32,000 nt of DNA from Microcystis aeruginosa NIES-843 (GTDB lineage: Bacteria > Cyanobacteriota > Cyanobacteriia > Cyanobacteriales > Microcystaceae). Location: the NCBI RefSeq assembly GCF_000010625.1, contig NC_010296.1, forward strand, positions 720,001 through 752,000, read 5' to 3'. Shown in pieces: positions 8,059 through 16,282 of this stretch. A model generated the notes under the pieces. That model worked only from the letters and a program-made list of their open reading frames with translations. It had not been told where the DNA came from and ran no database searches. Every line of letters begins with the position of its first letter. Within the stretch, counting starts at the first letter, position 1. The translations under genes and the position numbers were made by a program.

Positions 8059-10131
8059 CCCACATTCCGCACCCTCAACTGTCACATAAGCTGTCCCCCT
8101 CCAGAGACTTGAGTAAAAATACTTAGCTGGTGAAGGTTTTCTCGGTGGCCGCTAGGGGGGCTTTGAGACCCTAATTATGAAAAAATAGGAATTGTTGGAA
8201 AACTGAGGCGAGTGGGCTGTTCGACCATGAATCAATCAACAGAAATTGAAGTCAAAAATCTAGACCATCTGGGATTAGTAGCCGGAATTATCGATGAAAT
8301 AGGAATCGTTGAAATTATCAACGAACAAGTCTCAATTGAGCGAGGAGAAATTGTCACAGCGGGGCAAGTCGTGAAAGCAATTATCCTGAATGGATTGGGA
8401 TTTGTCTCCCGAGCCTTGTATTTATTTCCTCAATTTTTTGAAGATAAAGCAACCGAACATTTGCTGGGAGAGGGCATCGAACCAAAACACCTGAATGATG
8501 ATAAAATTGGTCGAGTAATGGACAAACTTTATCAACTTAATGTTTCGGTCATTTTCCTACGGATTAGTTTAGCGGCCGTGAAAAAATTTGGTGTAGCAAC
8601 CGAGAACTCCCATTTAGATTCGACTTCTCTATCAGTAGAAGGAGAATATAAAAAGGAATACCCAACAGTAGAAATCCTGAAATCAGGAGCAGTGGGAGAA
8701 GAAATTGAAACCAGACAACAGCCAATAAAAATTACCTACGGATACTCCCGCGACCGAAGACCTGACTTAAAACAATTTATGATTGACTTAATCGTAAGTG
8801 GGGATGGAGATGTACCTTTATTCCTGAAAGTAGGGGACGGAAATGAAGCGGACAAAGCGGTTTTTGGTCAAATCGCCCGAGAATTTAAAAAACAAGTTGA
8901 CTTTGACAGTTTAATAGTCGGCGATAGCGCCCTCTATAGCAAAGAGAATTTAAAACTAATGAAAGAAATGCGTTGGTTGTCTCGAGTACCATTAAGCATT
9001 AAAGAGGCTCAAGAGTTAGTCGATAGCATCTCAGAAAAAGAGTTAACCGATTCAGAAATACCGGGTTATTCCTGGCGGGAAACCATCTCTAACTATGGGG
9101 GGATAGAACAAAGATGGTTGCTAGTTGAAAGTCAAGCTAGACAAGAATCAGACTTGAAAAAATTAGAGAAAAAAATCGAGCAGGAAAAGAAAACAGCCCA
9201 AGAAAAAATCCGGCAACTATCCCGAAGAGAATTTGAGAATAGAGCGGTGGCGTTGGCGATAGTCAAAGGATTATCTGACTCCTTAAAATATCATCAGTTA
9301 ACGGAGATTAAAGTCAATCTCATTCCGCCTGAGTCTCAGCAGTCAAAACTCAAATCAAAAGACGATTTACCCTCTCAAAGCTATCAAGTTCAAGCCGAAT
9401 TAGAGTTGAATTTGGCAGCGATTGAGAGGCTCAAGAAACGAGCAGGACGATTCGTTTTAGCAACTAACAATTTGGAGAAAAAACGATTAAGCAGTGAGGA
9501 TATACTCAAAAAATATAAGGGGCAACAAGCTCCAGAAAGAGGATTTTCTTTTCTCAAAGACCCCTGCTTTTTTGCCCACAGTGTCTTTCTCAAATCTCCC
9601 CATAGAATCGAGGTCATGGCCATGCTCATGGGCTTGTGCCTGTTGGTTTATACTATTGGTCAAAGACAACTTCGTCTGAATTTAAAACAGCAGGAGACGG
9701 GACTGAAAAATCAGTTGGGTAAGTTAACTGACCGACCAACATTACGCTGGATATTTCAGAACTTTCAAGGGATTCATCTCCTACGTATTCAAGACAATCA
9801 AAAGATTAGCAACTTAACGGATGAGAGGCGCAACATTTTGAGATTTTTTCCCAAACCTTGCCAAGAATATTATCTCTTATCTTGACCAGATGGATTGACT
9901 TCAAGGGGTGACAAAACAAAGCGAGCAACTGGAACATCTCCCCCTAGATGTTAAGTCTGATTGACCGGTCATTCTCAACAAGCACTGTTTATTGAGAATG
10001 ACCGGGGGAACTCTGAAATTTTCGGCTTAGTTGCCGGCAGCTTGCCGCCAACTCACTCCTCTAGATAAGTATTTTGACTCGCGCCCCTTCCTCTTTTGAG
10101 ACGTTGTGACACTTAGGGTGCGGAATGTGGG
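8059..10131 (+). mobile_element. IS1634-family (IS4-related) insertion sequence, 2073 bp
   Basis: The inverted repeats are CCCACATTCCGCACCCT...TGTCACA at 8059-8086 and its reverse complement ending at 10131, with the first 17 nt identical. A 6-bp TSD CTTTAA lies at 8053-8058 and 10132-10137. An internal perfect 14-bp stem pairs 9965-9978 with 9992-10005. Confidence 0.85.
8227..9885 (+). CDS. IS1634-family transposase
   Basis: The product is ~552 aa. Its N-terminal LDHLGLVAGIIDEIGI segment is typical of the DUF4277 domain of IS1634 transposases. It has a long coiled, charged insert in the DDE region. ATG 8227 is preferred over GTG 8212. Confidence 0.8.
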   Translation: MNQSTEIEVKNLDHLGLVAGIIDEIGIVEIINEQVSIERGEIVTAGQVVKAIILNGLGFVSRALYLFPQFFEDKATEHLLGEGIEPKHLNDDKIGRVMDKLYQLNVSVIFLRISLAAVKKFGVATENSHLDSTSLSVEGEYKKEYPTVEILKSGAVGEEIETRQQPIKITYGYSRDRRPDLKQFMIDLIVSGDGDVPLFLKVGDGNEADKAVFGQIAREFKKQVDFDSLIVGDSALYSKENLKLMKEMRWLSRVPLSIKEAQELVDSISEKELTDSEIPGYSWRETISNYGGIEQRWLLVESQARQESDLKKLEKKIEQEKKTAQEKIRQLSRREFENRAVALAIVKGLSDSLKYHQLTEIKVNLIPPESQQSKLKSKDDLPSQSYQVQAELELNLAAIERLKKRAGRFVLATNNLEKKRLSSEDILKKYKGQQAPERGFSFLKDPCFFAHSVFLKSPHRIEVMAMLMGLCLLVYTIGQRQLRLNLKQQETGLKNQLGKLTDRPTLRWIFQNFQGIHLLRIQDNQKISNLTDERRNILRFFPKPCQEYYLLS

Positions 10132-10185
10132 CTTTAAGGGGGAATAATAATACAATTGAGAATGCAGTCAATCCCCTTAATCTCT

Positions 10186-11859
10186 ATGGTCAATAAACTA
10201 TACTACGGTGATAACCTAGAAGTGCTGCGGAAATATATCAAAGATGAATCGATCGATCTTTGTTATATCGATCCACCCTTTAATTCTAAACGCAATTACA
10301 ACCAAATTTATAACAACTTAGGCAAGGAAGATCAAGCACAAGCACAAGCGTTTGTAGATACCTGGACATGGGATAATCACGCTAACGAAGCTTTAGAAGA
10401 AATTCAAAGCAACTATCAGGGTAAATTTACCAGTCAGACTATCGATTTAATTGACGGTTTAACCAAAGTTTTAGGTAAAGGCAGTCTTCTCGCTTATCTG
10501 GTGAGTATGACTCTGAGGATCGTGGAAATCCATCGAGTTTTAAAATCTACTGGTAGCTTTTATCTCCACTGCGATCCTACTGCTAGTCATTATTTAAAAA
10601 TAGTTTTAGATACTGTTTTTTGCCCTCAGGGGGGTGATTTTAAAAATGAGATTAGCTGGAAAAGAACCACTGCTCATAATGATGCAAAGCAAGGACAAAA
10701 ACAATATGGCAATATTCGAGATGTCATTCTTTTTTATACCAAATCAAATCGATGGAATTGGAATTGCCAATATTCATCTTACAGCGAGGAATATATTGAA
10801 AAAAACTATAGATTAGTGGAAGAAAAAACAGGTAGACGTTACTGTTTAGATAATTTGACAGCAGCTAAATCAGGTGGTGACGTTTCCTATGAGTTTTATG
10901 GAACTTATCCTTACAAGGGTCGTTACTGGGCATATTCTAAAGAAAACATGGAAAAATTTATGGCAGAAGGACGCTTATATTTTCCTAAAAATGGTGGTCC
11001 ACCACGATATATTAGATACCTAGATGAAATGCCTGGAGTTACCTTACAAAATAACTGGGATGATATTTTTCCCTTAACCTCAAGTGCCAAAGAACGTCTG
11101 GGTTATCCCACGCAAAAACCGGAGGCATTGTTAGAAAGAATAATCAAAGCAAGTAGCAATAAAGGAGATGTAATTTTAGATGCCTATTGTGGGTGTGGAA
11201 CGACGATCGCTGTAGCAGAGAGATTAGAGAGAAACTGGATTGGAATTGATATAACCTATCAGAGTATTAGCTTAATGTTAAAGCGATTAGAGGACTCCTT
11301 TGGTAAAAATGTTTTAGATAAAATTGAACTGAATGGTATTCCCAAAGATCTAGAATCAGCCAAAGCATTAGCCACTAAACCCGATGATCGTACCCGCAAA
11401 GAATTTGAGAAATGGGCGGTTTTAACCTATAGTAATAACCGGGCCGTAATTAATGACAAAAAAGGGGCAGATAAAGGAGTCGATGCCATTGCCTATTTTC
11501 AGGGAGATAAAGACAATCGGGAGAAAATTGTTTTTCAAGTAAAATCCGGTAATGTCAAATCGGGAGACATCAGAGATCTACAGGGAACCATGACACTACA
11601 AGGGGCAGCCCTGGGTATATTTATCACCTTGAAACCTCCTAGCAAAGATATGATCCAAACAGCCAAATCTGCGGGAATTTATCGCGGTCGTTATATGAGT
11701 CAAAGTGTCGATAAAATTGAGATTGTGACGGTACAAGAAATCCTTGAACAAAAAAAACGTCTCGATGTTATCCTCACCTTTGAAGTCCTGAAAGCTGCCG
11801 AAAAACAAAGGGAAACCCAAGGACAACAAATGAGTTTAGATATACCCTTCCCCGAATAA
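10186..11859 (+). CDS. Beta-class N6-adenine/N4-cytosine DNA methyltransferase fused to a C-terminal Mrr-like (PD-(D/E)xK) nuclease domain
   Basis: Motif IV DPPF (IDPPFNS) precedes motif I (LDAYCGCGTT), which is the beta-class order. The C-terminal ~170 aa carries GVDAIAY...VFQVKSG, resembling the Mrr_cat D...(E/Q)xK core. ATG 10186 (MVNKLYYGDNLEVL) is preferred over TTG 10156. Confidence 0.8.
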   Translation: MVNKLYYGDNLEVLRKYIKDESIDLCYIDPPFNSKRNYNQIYNNLGKEDQAQAQAFVDTWTWDNHANEALEEIQSNYQGKFTSQTIDLIDGLTKVLGKGSLLAYLVSMTLRIVEIHRVLKSTGSFYLHCDPTASHYLKIVLDTVFCPQGGDFKNEISWKRTTAHNDAKQGQKQYGNIRDVILFYTKSNRWNWNCQYSSYSEEYIEKNYRLVEEKTGRRYCLDNLTAAKSGGDVSYEFYGTYPYKGRYWAYSKENMEKFMAEGRLYFPKNGGPPRYIRYLDEMPGVTLQNNWDDIFPLTSSAKERLGYPTQKPEALLERIIKASSNKGDVILDAYCGCGTTIAVAERLERNWIGIDITYQSISLMLKRLEDSFGKNVLDKIELNGIPKDLESAKALATKPDDRTRKEFEKWAVLTYSNNRAVINDKKGADKGVDAIAYFQGDKDNREKIVFQVKSGNVKSGDIRDLQGTMTLQGAALGIFITLKPPSKDMIQTAKSAGIYRGRYMSQSVDKIEIVTVQEILEQKKRLDVILTFEVLKAAEKQRETQGQQMSLDIPFPE

Positions 11860-11886
11860 AAATCCTTTGTTTAAGTAGCTAGGTAT

Positions 11887-11991
11887 TAAGTAGCTGGTTA
11901 TAATTAAATTGAAGATAGATTTTGGGTTCGATCCCCCCTACCCCCCTTGATAAGGGGGGTGATTTCACGGTTTTGAACACCTAACTACTTA
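11887..11991. mobile_element. MITE family 1, copy 2 (intact, 105 bp)
   Basis: Sequence runs TAAGTAGCTGGTTATAATTAAATT...GGTTCGATCCCCCC...CCCCCCTTGATAAGGGGGG...CTAACTACTTA. It is colinear with the split copies at 5995 and 24960. An extra partial terminus TAAGTAGCTAGGTAT lies at 11872-11886. A related 9-bp-arm palindrome CTCCCCTTAaTAAGGGGAG lies at 12006-12024. Confidence 0.8.
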
Positions 11992-12081
11992 AAAATTGTC
12001 AGATGCTCCCCTTAATAAGGGGAGATAGGGTGATAATTTTGTTAAAATATAGGTCAGCCTTAACCTATAATTGAATTGAAA

Positions 12082-12936
12082 ATGTATGATTCTACCTGTA
12101 AATTTATCGCCCTTGAATATTCGAGAGACTTGGCCACTTGGTTACTGGGTAAACCCTTAGAATTAACAGAAATTAAACCCTCGGAATTATCCCTAGAGCC
12201 AATTAGAGCCGATACTTTAATCTTTTTGGAGTCGGAAGAATTAATCTTACATATCGAGTTCCAAACCGACCCTAAAGAAGATATTCCCTATAGAATGCTA
12301 GATTATGCCACCAGACTCTATCGACGCTATCCCCGTAAACCTATCCATCAAGTGGTTATTTATCTAAGGAAAAGTGGCTCCCCCACAGTCCGACAGAATG
12401 ATTATAAACAAGGGAAAACCTCTCATCAATTTGAAGTGATTAGACTTTGGGAACAACCCTCGGAACCCCTATTAAAGGCCCCCGGACTGTTTCCCTTTGC
12501 CATACTCGCTCAAGCTGAGAAACAAGAAAACTTACTGCGGCAAATTGCCCAAGAAATCGAGCAAATCAGCGATAGTCGAGAACAAAGTAATCTGGCCGCA
12601 TCTACCGCAATTCTAGCCGGGTTAGTATTAGAGAAAGACATCATCCAACGATTATTGAGGAAAGACATCATGAAAGAATCCGTTATCTATCAAGAAATCT
12701 GGTCGGAAGGTTTACAAGAGGGACGACAAGAGGGACGACAAGAGGGACGACAAGAAGGAGAAGCTAACCTAGTTTTACGTCAATTAAATCGGCGTGTAGG
12801 GGACATTTCTCCCGAATTATTGCCCAATATCCGCAGTCTTGACCTAGAACAGTTAGAAAACTTGGGAGAAGCTTTGTTAGATTTTCAGTCACTACAGGAT
12901 TTAGAACAATGGCTGGAAAATTGCCGAGCTAGTTAG
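12082..12936 (+). CDS. Rpn-family recombination-promoting nuclease / putative transposase (PD-(D/E)xK N-terminus, DUF4351-type C-terminus)
   Basis: The N-terminal pattern ADTLIFLESEELILHIEFQT...YRMLDY is typical of the family. The C-terminal QEGRQEG...LVLRQLNRRVG...LSLEQLENLGEALLDF pattern is typical of DUF4351. Confidence 0.7.
   Translation: MYDSTCKFIALEYSRDLATWLLGKPLELTEIKPSELSLEPIRADTLIFLESEELILHIEFQTDPKEDIPYRMLDYATRLYRRYPRKPIHQVVIYLRKSGSPTVRQNDYKQGKTSHQFEVIRLWEQPSEPLLKAPGLFPFAILAQAEKQENLLRQIAQEIEQISDSREQSNLAASTAILAGLVLEKDIIQRLLRKDIMKESVIYQEIWSEGLQEGRQEGRQEGRQEGEANLVLRQLNRRVGDISPELLPNIRSLDLEQLENLGEALLDFQSLQDLEQWLENCRAS
12715..12760 (+). repeat. In-frame 12-bp tandem repeat (CAAGAGGGACGA x3 plus one degenerate unit)
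   Basis: Three perfect units lie at 12715-12750 and encode (QEGR)3. A fourth unit, caagaaggag, is degenerate. Confidence 0.9.
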
Positions 12937-13013
12937 TACAAGTAAACTAAATGCTGTCTATCCATTCCCATGGAAGCAGCAAGCTCTCAACTCCCTTGAG
13001 AGTAGTTAACACT

Positions 13014-13568
13014 TTAATCTATTCCGCGGTAGAGATCGGCGATGGCTAACTCTAGGTTAATACTTTGCAGGATCACCCGATCGCCTGTCTCGTAAATAGT
13101 CGTTTCCCATATCCCCAGAGAATTACGGCGACGGCATTCCACGCGCTGGATTTCTTGGGAAATTAATACATATTCTTCTAAAGTTTCTATCTGTTGATAA
13201 TCTTGGAATTTTTCGCCCTTGTCAAAAGCGGCCGTACTGGGGGAAAGCACTTCCGCAATTAGTTTCGGATAGCGTTTCAGATAACGATCTTGGCGATCGC
13301 GCGGATCGCAGGTAACAAAAGCATCGGGATAGTAATAAAACTGATCTTGATAGTTAACCTTGACATTACCCGAGTGAAACCTACAGTCTGTAGAGTCGCC
13401 GAAATGTTCGTCAATGACTTTGAGAAAATTGAAGGCGATGCGCTCGTGATTATCCGTACCGCCGGCCATCGCATAAACCAAACCACGTCGGTATTCATGG
13501 CGGATCTGACTCTGGCGCTCGATAGCGAGATATTCTTGGGGACTGATGTAGTTGGGAACTGCGATCAT
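13014..13568 (-). CDS. Uma2-family (DUF820) putative endonuclease
   Basis: The 184-aa protein has the N-terminal ISPQEYLAIERQS..HEYRRG pattern and a PD-(D/E)xK-like core (PDAFV...IAEVLSPST), both typical of cyanobacterial Uma2 proteins. Confidence 0.75.
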   Translation of the reverse strand: MIAVPNYISPQEYLAIERQSQIRHEYRRGLVYAMAGGTDNHERIAFNFLKVIDEHFGDSTDCRFHSGNVKVNYQDQFYYYPDAFVTCDPRDRQDRYLKRYPKLIAEVLSPSTAAFDKGEKFQDYQQIETLEEYVLISQEIQRVECRRRNSLGIWETTIYETGDRVILQSINLELAIADLYRGID

Positions 13569-13781
13569 AATCTCTAGGGGAAAGCCTACTATTAATCATA
13601 GTACGAGAACGGATCTGGCTCTCCTATTCTTTGTGTGATCAGTTTAACTTATATGGCGGCGATCGATCTTTTTGTCCTTAGTCTCAGTCTCATTGTGGTT
13701 CCTGACCCAGAGAGCCGATAAGCCAGCGCAAGAGGGCAAAATCTTGATAAACTGAGGGGATAACTATCCCAGACAATCCCC

Positions 13782-13958
13782 ATGACCACTCACTTTATTA
13801 GTGCCGAAATCGACCTACAGGAAACCCCGCAACAACTGCAGCAAGAAATCGAAAAAGAATTAGCCAAACGGGGTGAACCCTTGCGTTGGGCAATCACAGA
13901 AGTGGATAGCGAGAATAATCAAGTCAAAGTCGAAGCGATTGTCACCACTGCCTCGTGA
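13782..13958 (+). CDS. Small conserved-looking hypothetical protein, 58 aa
   Basis: ATG at 13782, TGA at 13956-13958. Translation is MTTHFISAEIDLQETPQQLQQEIEKELAKRGEPLRWAITEVDSENNQVKVEAIVTTAS. The stop overlaps the GTG start of the next gene as GTGA. The ORF is below the track cutoff. Confidence 0.55.
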   Translation: MTTHFISAEIDLQETPQQLQQEIEKELAKRGEPLRWAITEVDSENNQVKVEAIVTTAS

Positions 13959-15013
13959 ATTCCCGTCCCTATACCGCCGTACTAATTATTCCCACCGGCA
14001 TCGGGGCAGCGATTGGCGGTTATGCTGGGGATGGCATTCCCGTGGCTAGAGCGATCGCCCAAGTTTGCGATCGCCTAATTACCCATCCCAATGTCCTCAA
14101 CGGCGCACAACTGTACTGGCCTCTGGACAACACCTATTATGTGGAGGGTTACGCTTTAGATCGTTTTGCCCGGGGGGATTGGGGATTAAGTCCCGTCCAT
14201 CAAAATCGCATCGGGTTACTATTCGATCGCGCCATTGAATTTGACCTCTTGCAAAGACACCTTCAGGCTGCCGATGCTGTCCGGGCTACCCTAGGCTTAG
14301 ATCTCACCGATTACCTTGTCACCGATGCCCCCTTAAATGTGCAGTTGCGAGAGGCAGCCTCTGGGGCCAGTTGGGGAACAATTGGTAATCCCGACAGCTT
14401 GCTGCGGGGAGCAGAAAAACTGATTAACCAGGGCCGGGCGGAAGCGATCGCCATTGTTGCCCGTTTTCCCGACGATCCCGATAGCATTGCCCTGGCTAAT
14501 TATCGCCATGGTCAGGGGGTGGATCCCCTTGCCGGGGCCGAGGCGGTGATTTCCCATCTGGTGGTCCGACAATTCCAAATACCGGCAGCCCACGCCCCCG
14601 CTTTAAGTCCGCTGCCCCTCGATCCGCAACTTTCCCCCAAGGCCGCGGCCGAAGAAATCGGTTATACTTTTTTACCCTGCGTTTTGGTGGGTTTAAGTCG
14701 CGCCCCCCAATTGGTCAAGCAGCCCAGTCCCGATGCTATTTGGGGCCGGGAGGTGGACGCGCTGATCGTTCCCGCCAGTGCCTGCGGCTCTAGCACAGTA
14801 TTGAGTTTTTGTCAAGAAAAAACTGTACTGATTGCCGTACAGGAAAATAGTACAAGAATGAAGGTGGCCCCGGAACCCCTAGGGGTGAAAGCAATTAGGG
14901 TACACTCGTATATGGAGGCGATCGGTGCGATCGTTTGTCAACGGGCAGGGGTTAGCCTCGCATCTCTTCGCCCTAATTTACACTCTTTACGCTGTTTATC
15001 CGAGAATCCGTGA
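13955..15013 (+). CDS. DUF3326-family protein (conserved in cyanobacteria and plastid-bearing lineages)
   Basis: The N-terminal AVLIIPTGIGAAIGGYAGDG signature is present in a 352-aa protein. Codon usage is GC-rich and native-looking, with several HIP1 sites. Confidence 0.7.
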   Translation: MNSRPYTAVLIIPTGIGAAIGGYAGDGIPVARAIAQVCDRLITHPNVLNGAQLYWPLDNTYYVEGYALDRFARGDWGLSPVHQNRIGLLFDRAIEFDLLQRHLQAADAVRATLGLDLTDYLVTDAPLNVQLREAASGASWGTIGNPDSLLRGAEKLINQGRAEAIAIVARFPDDPDSIALANYRHGQGVDPLAGAEAVISHLVVRQFQIPAAHAPALSPLPLDPQLSPKAAAEEIGYTFLPCVLVGLSRAPQLVKQPSPDAIWGREVDALIVPASACGSSTVLSFCQEKTVLIAVQENSTRMKVAPEPLGVKAIRVHSYMEAIGAIVCQRAGVSLASLRPNLHSLRCLSENP

Positions 15014-15591
15014 CTAATTCCCCTAATTCCGAATTTGATCCCCTGACACGCACACAAGTCCTCACCATTATGGCGGTAACGGCGATTATCTTGCTGGTAG
15101 TCGCCAAAGTTTGGCAATATTTCGGTGCGATCGCTATTCCCGCAATTCGCTTGACTCTCCCGGATTTCCTGTTCGGATTAGCCTTAGCGGGGGCAATTAG
15201 TGGAATTAGTGGGCTTCTCTATCGTTTTTGGTCTAGTTATCGCCATAGTGCTAACGCTTACTTAGAATTAGTCATTAAACCTTTAGCTTGGCCCGATTTA
15301 ATTTGGATTGGATTACTGCCGGGGTTAAGTGAAGAATTATTATTTCGCGGGGTGATTTTGCCGGCTTTGGGCTTAAATATCTTTGGTTTAACTGTTTCTA
15401 GTCTAATTTTTGGTATCCTCCATTTTAGCGGTTCCCAACAATGGCCCTATGTTATCTGGGCAACTGTTGTCGGTTTTGCCCTCGGTTATACCGTCATCAT
15501 CACCGGTAATTTATTAATCCCGATCCTCGCTCATATTATCACCAATCTCCTCGCTAGTTTTCTCTGGAAATTACAGCATAGTAATCAGTAA
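15010..15591 (+). CDS. CPBP-family intramembrane glutamic endopeptidase (CAAX protease/Abi type)
   Basis: Motif 1 SEELLFRG, motif 2 FGILHF and motif 3 HIITN sit in a polytopic membrane protein. The GTG start overlaps the upstream stop as GTGA. Confidence 0.85.
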   Translation: MTNSPNSEFDPLTRTQVLTIMAVTAIILLVVAKVWQYFGAIAIPAIRLTLPDFLFGLALAGAISGISGLLYRFWSSYRHSANAYLELVIKPLAWPDLIWIGLLPGLSEELLFRGVILPALGLNIFGLTVSSLIFGILHFSGSQQWPYVIWATVVGFALGYTVIITGNLLIPILAHIITNLLASFLWKLQHSNQ

Positions 15592-15630
15592 TCAGTTATC
15601 AGTTATCAGTTATCAGTTATCAGTTATCAG
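15582..15630 (+). repeat. Heptamer tandem repeat, TAATCAG x2 plus TTATCAG x5
   Basis: There are seven contiguous 7-nt units. The stop codon of the CPBP gene (TAA, 15589-15591) lies inside the second unit. Confidence 0.95.
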
Positions 15631-15657
15631 TGACTACTCCTGTCTCCTATAAAAAAA

Positions 15658-16101
15658 ATGGAAGTGCAATTTCGCGAATTTAATCCTTTTGATGTCTGGT
15701 TTTGGCTGGAATTTTCGACGGTTCCCTCGAATATGGAACAGCAATATGTAGAAGAAGTTTTTGCCTCTTGGTTTTATTTGGGTAAATTAGGGGCTTTCAA
15801 TGCCGAAAACCTACAGGTACAGGAGGTGGGAGTCGATATTAGTTATATGGAATACGATCCAGATATGGCCGAAAATGCCTTTATGTCACCGATGCACAAT
15901 ATGACCGATTTTGAATACTTAGGTACTTGGGGACGTTGTTGGTTTGATCTCGGTACTAGCGATCTTATTGCTTTAGATATTTTAATCAATGCCTTGACCC
16001 AATTAAGTAAGGATTTTGTCGATATTAAACGTTTAATTATCGGTGGAGAAAATCAAGATTGGACGGTTAGCGATCGCAGCAATTATCTCTTTAGCGAATA
16101 A
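15658..16101 (+). CDS. DUF3531-family protein (cyanobacteria/plant conserved)
   Basis: The 147-aa protein begins REFNPFDVWFWLEF...ASWFYLGKLGAFN, recalled as typical of the family. Confidence 0.6.
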   Translation: MEVQFREFNPFDVWFWLEFSTVPSNMEQQYVEEVFASWFYLGKLGAFNAENLQVQEVGVDISYMEYDPDMAENAFMSPMHNMTDFEYLGTWGRCWFDLGTSDLIALDILINALTQLSKDFVDIKRLIIGGENQDWTVSDRSNYLFSE

Positions 16102-16177
16102 TTAGGGTTTACTAAAAAAGTTTCTTGGTGGAGTCCGTATTCTCCGAGTCAGGAGTTTATTTTTATTTATTTATTCT

Positions 16178-16282
16178 CCCCACACCCCACACCCCACACC
16201 CGACACCCCACACCCCACTTCCCCACTTCCCCACTTCCCCACTTCCCCACTTCCCCACTTCCCCACACCCCACACCCCACTT
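16178..16282. repeat. C-rich array: CCCCACA heptamers flanking CCCCACTT x6
   Basis: This is the reverse complement of the GGGGTGT-type arrays seen elsewhere. It lies immediately upstream of the ATG at 16293. Confidence 0.95.
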
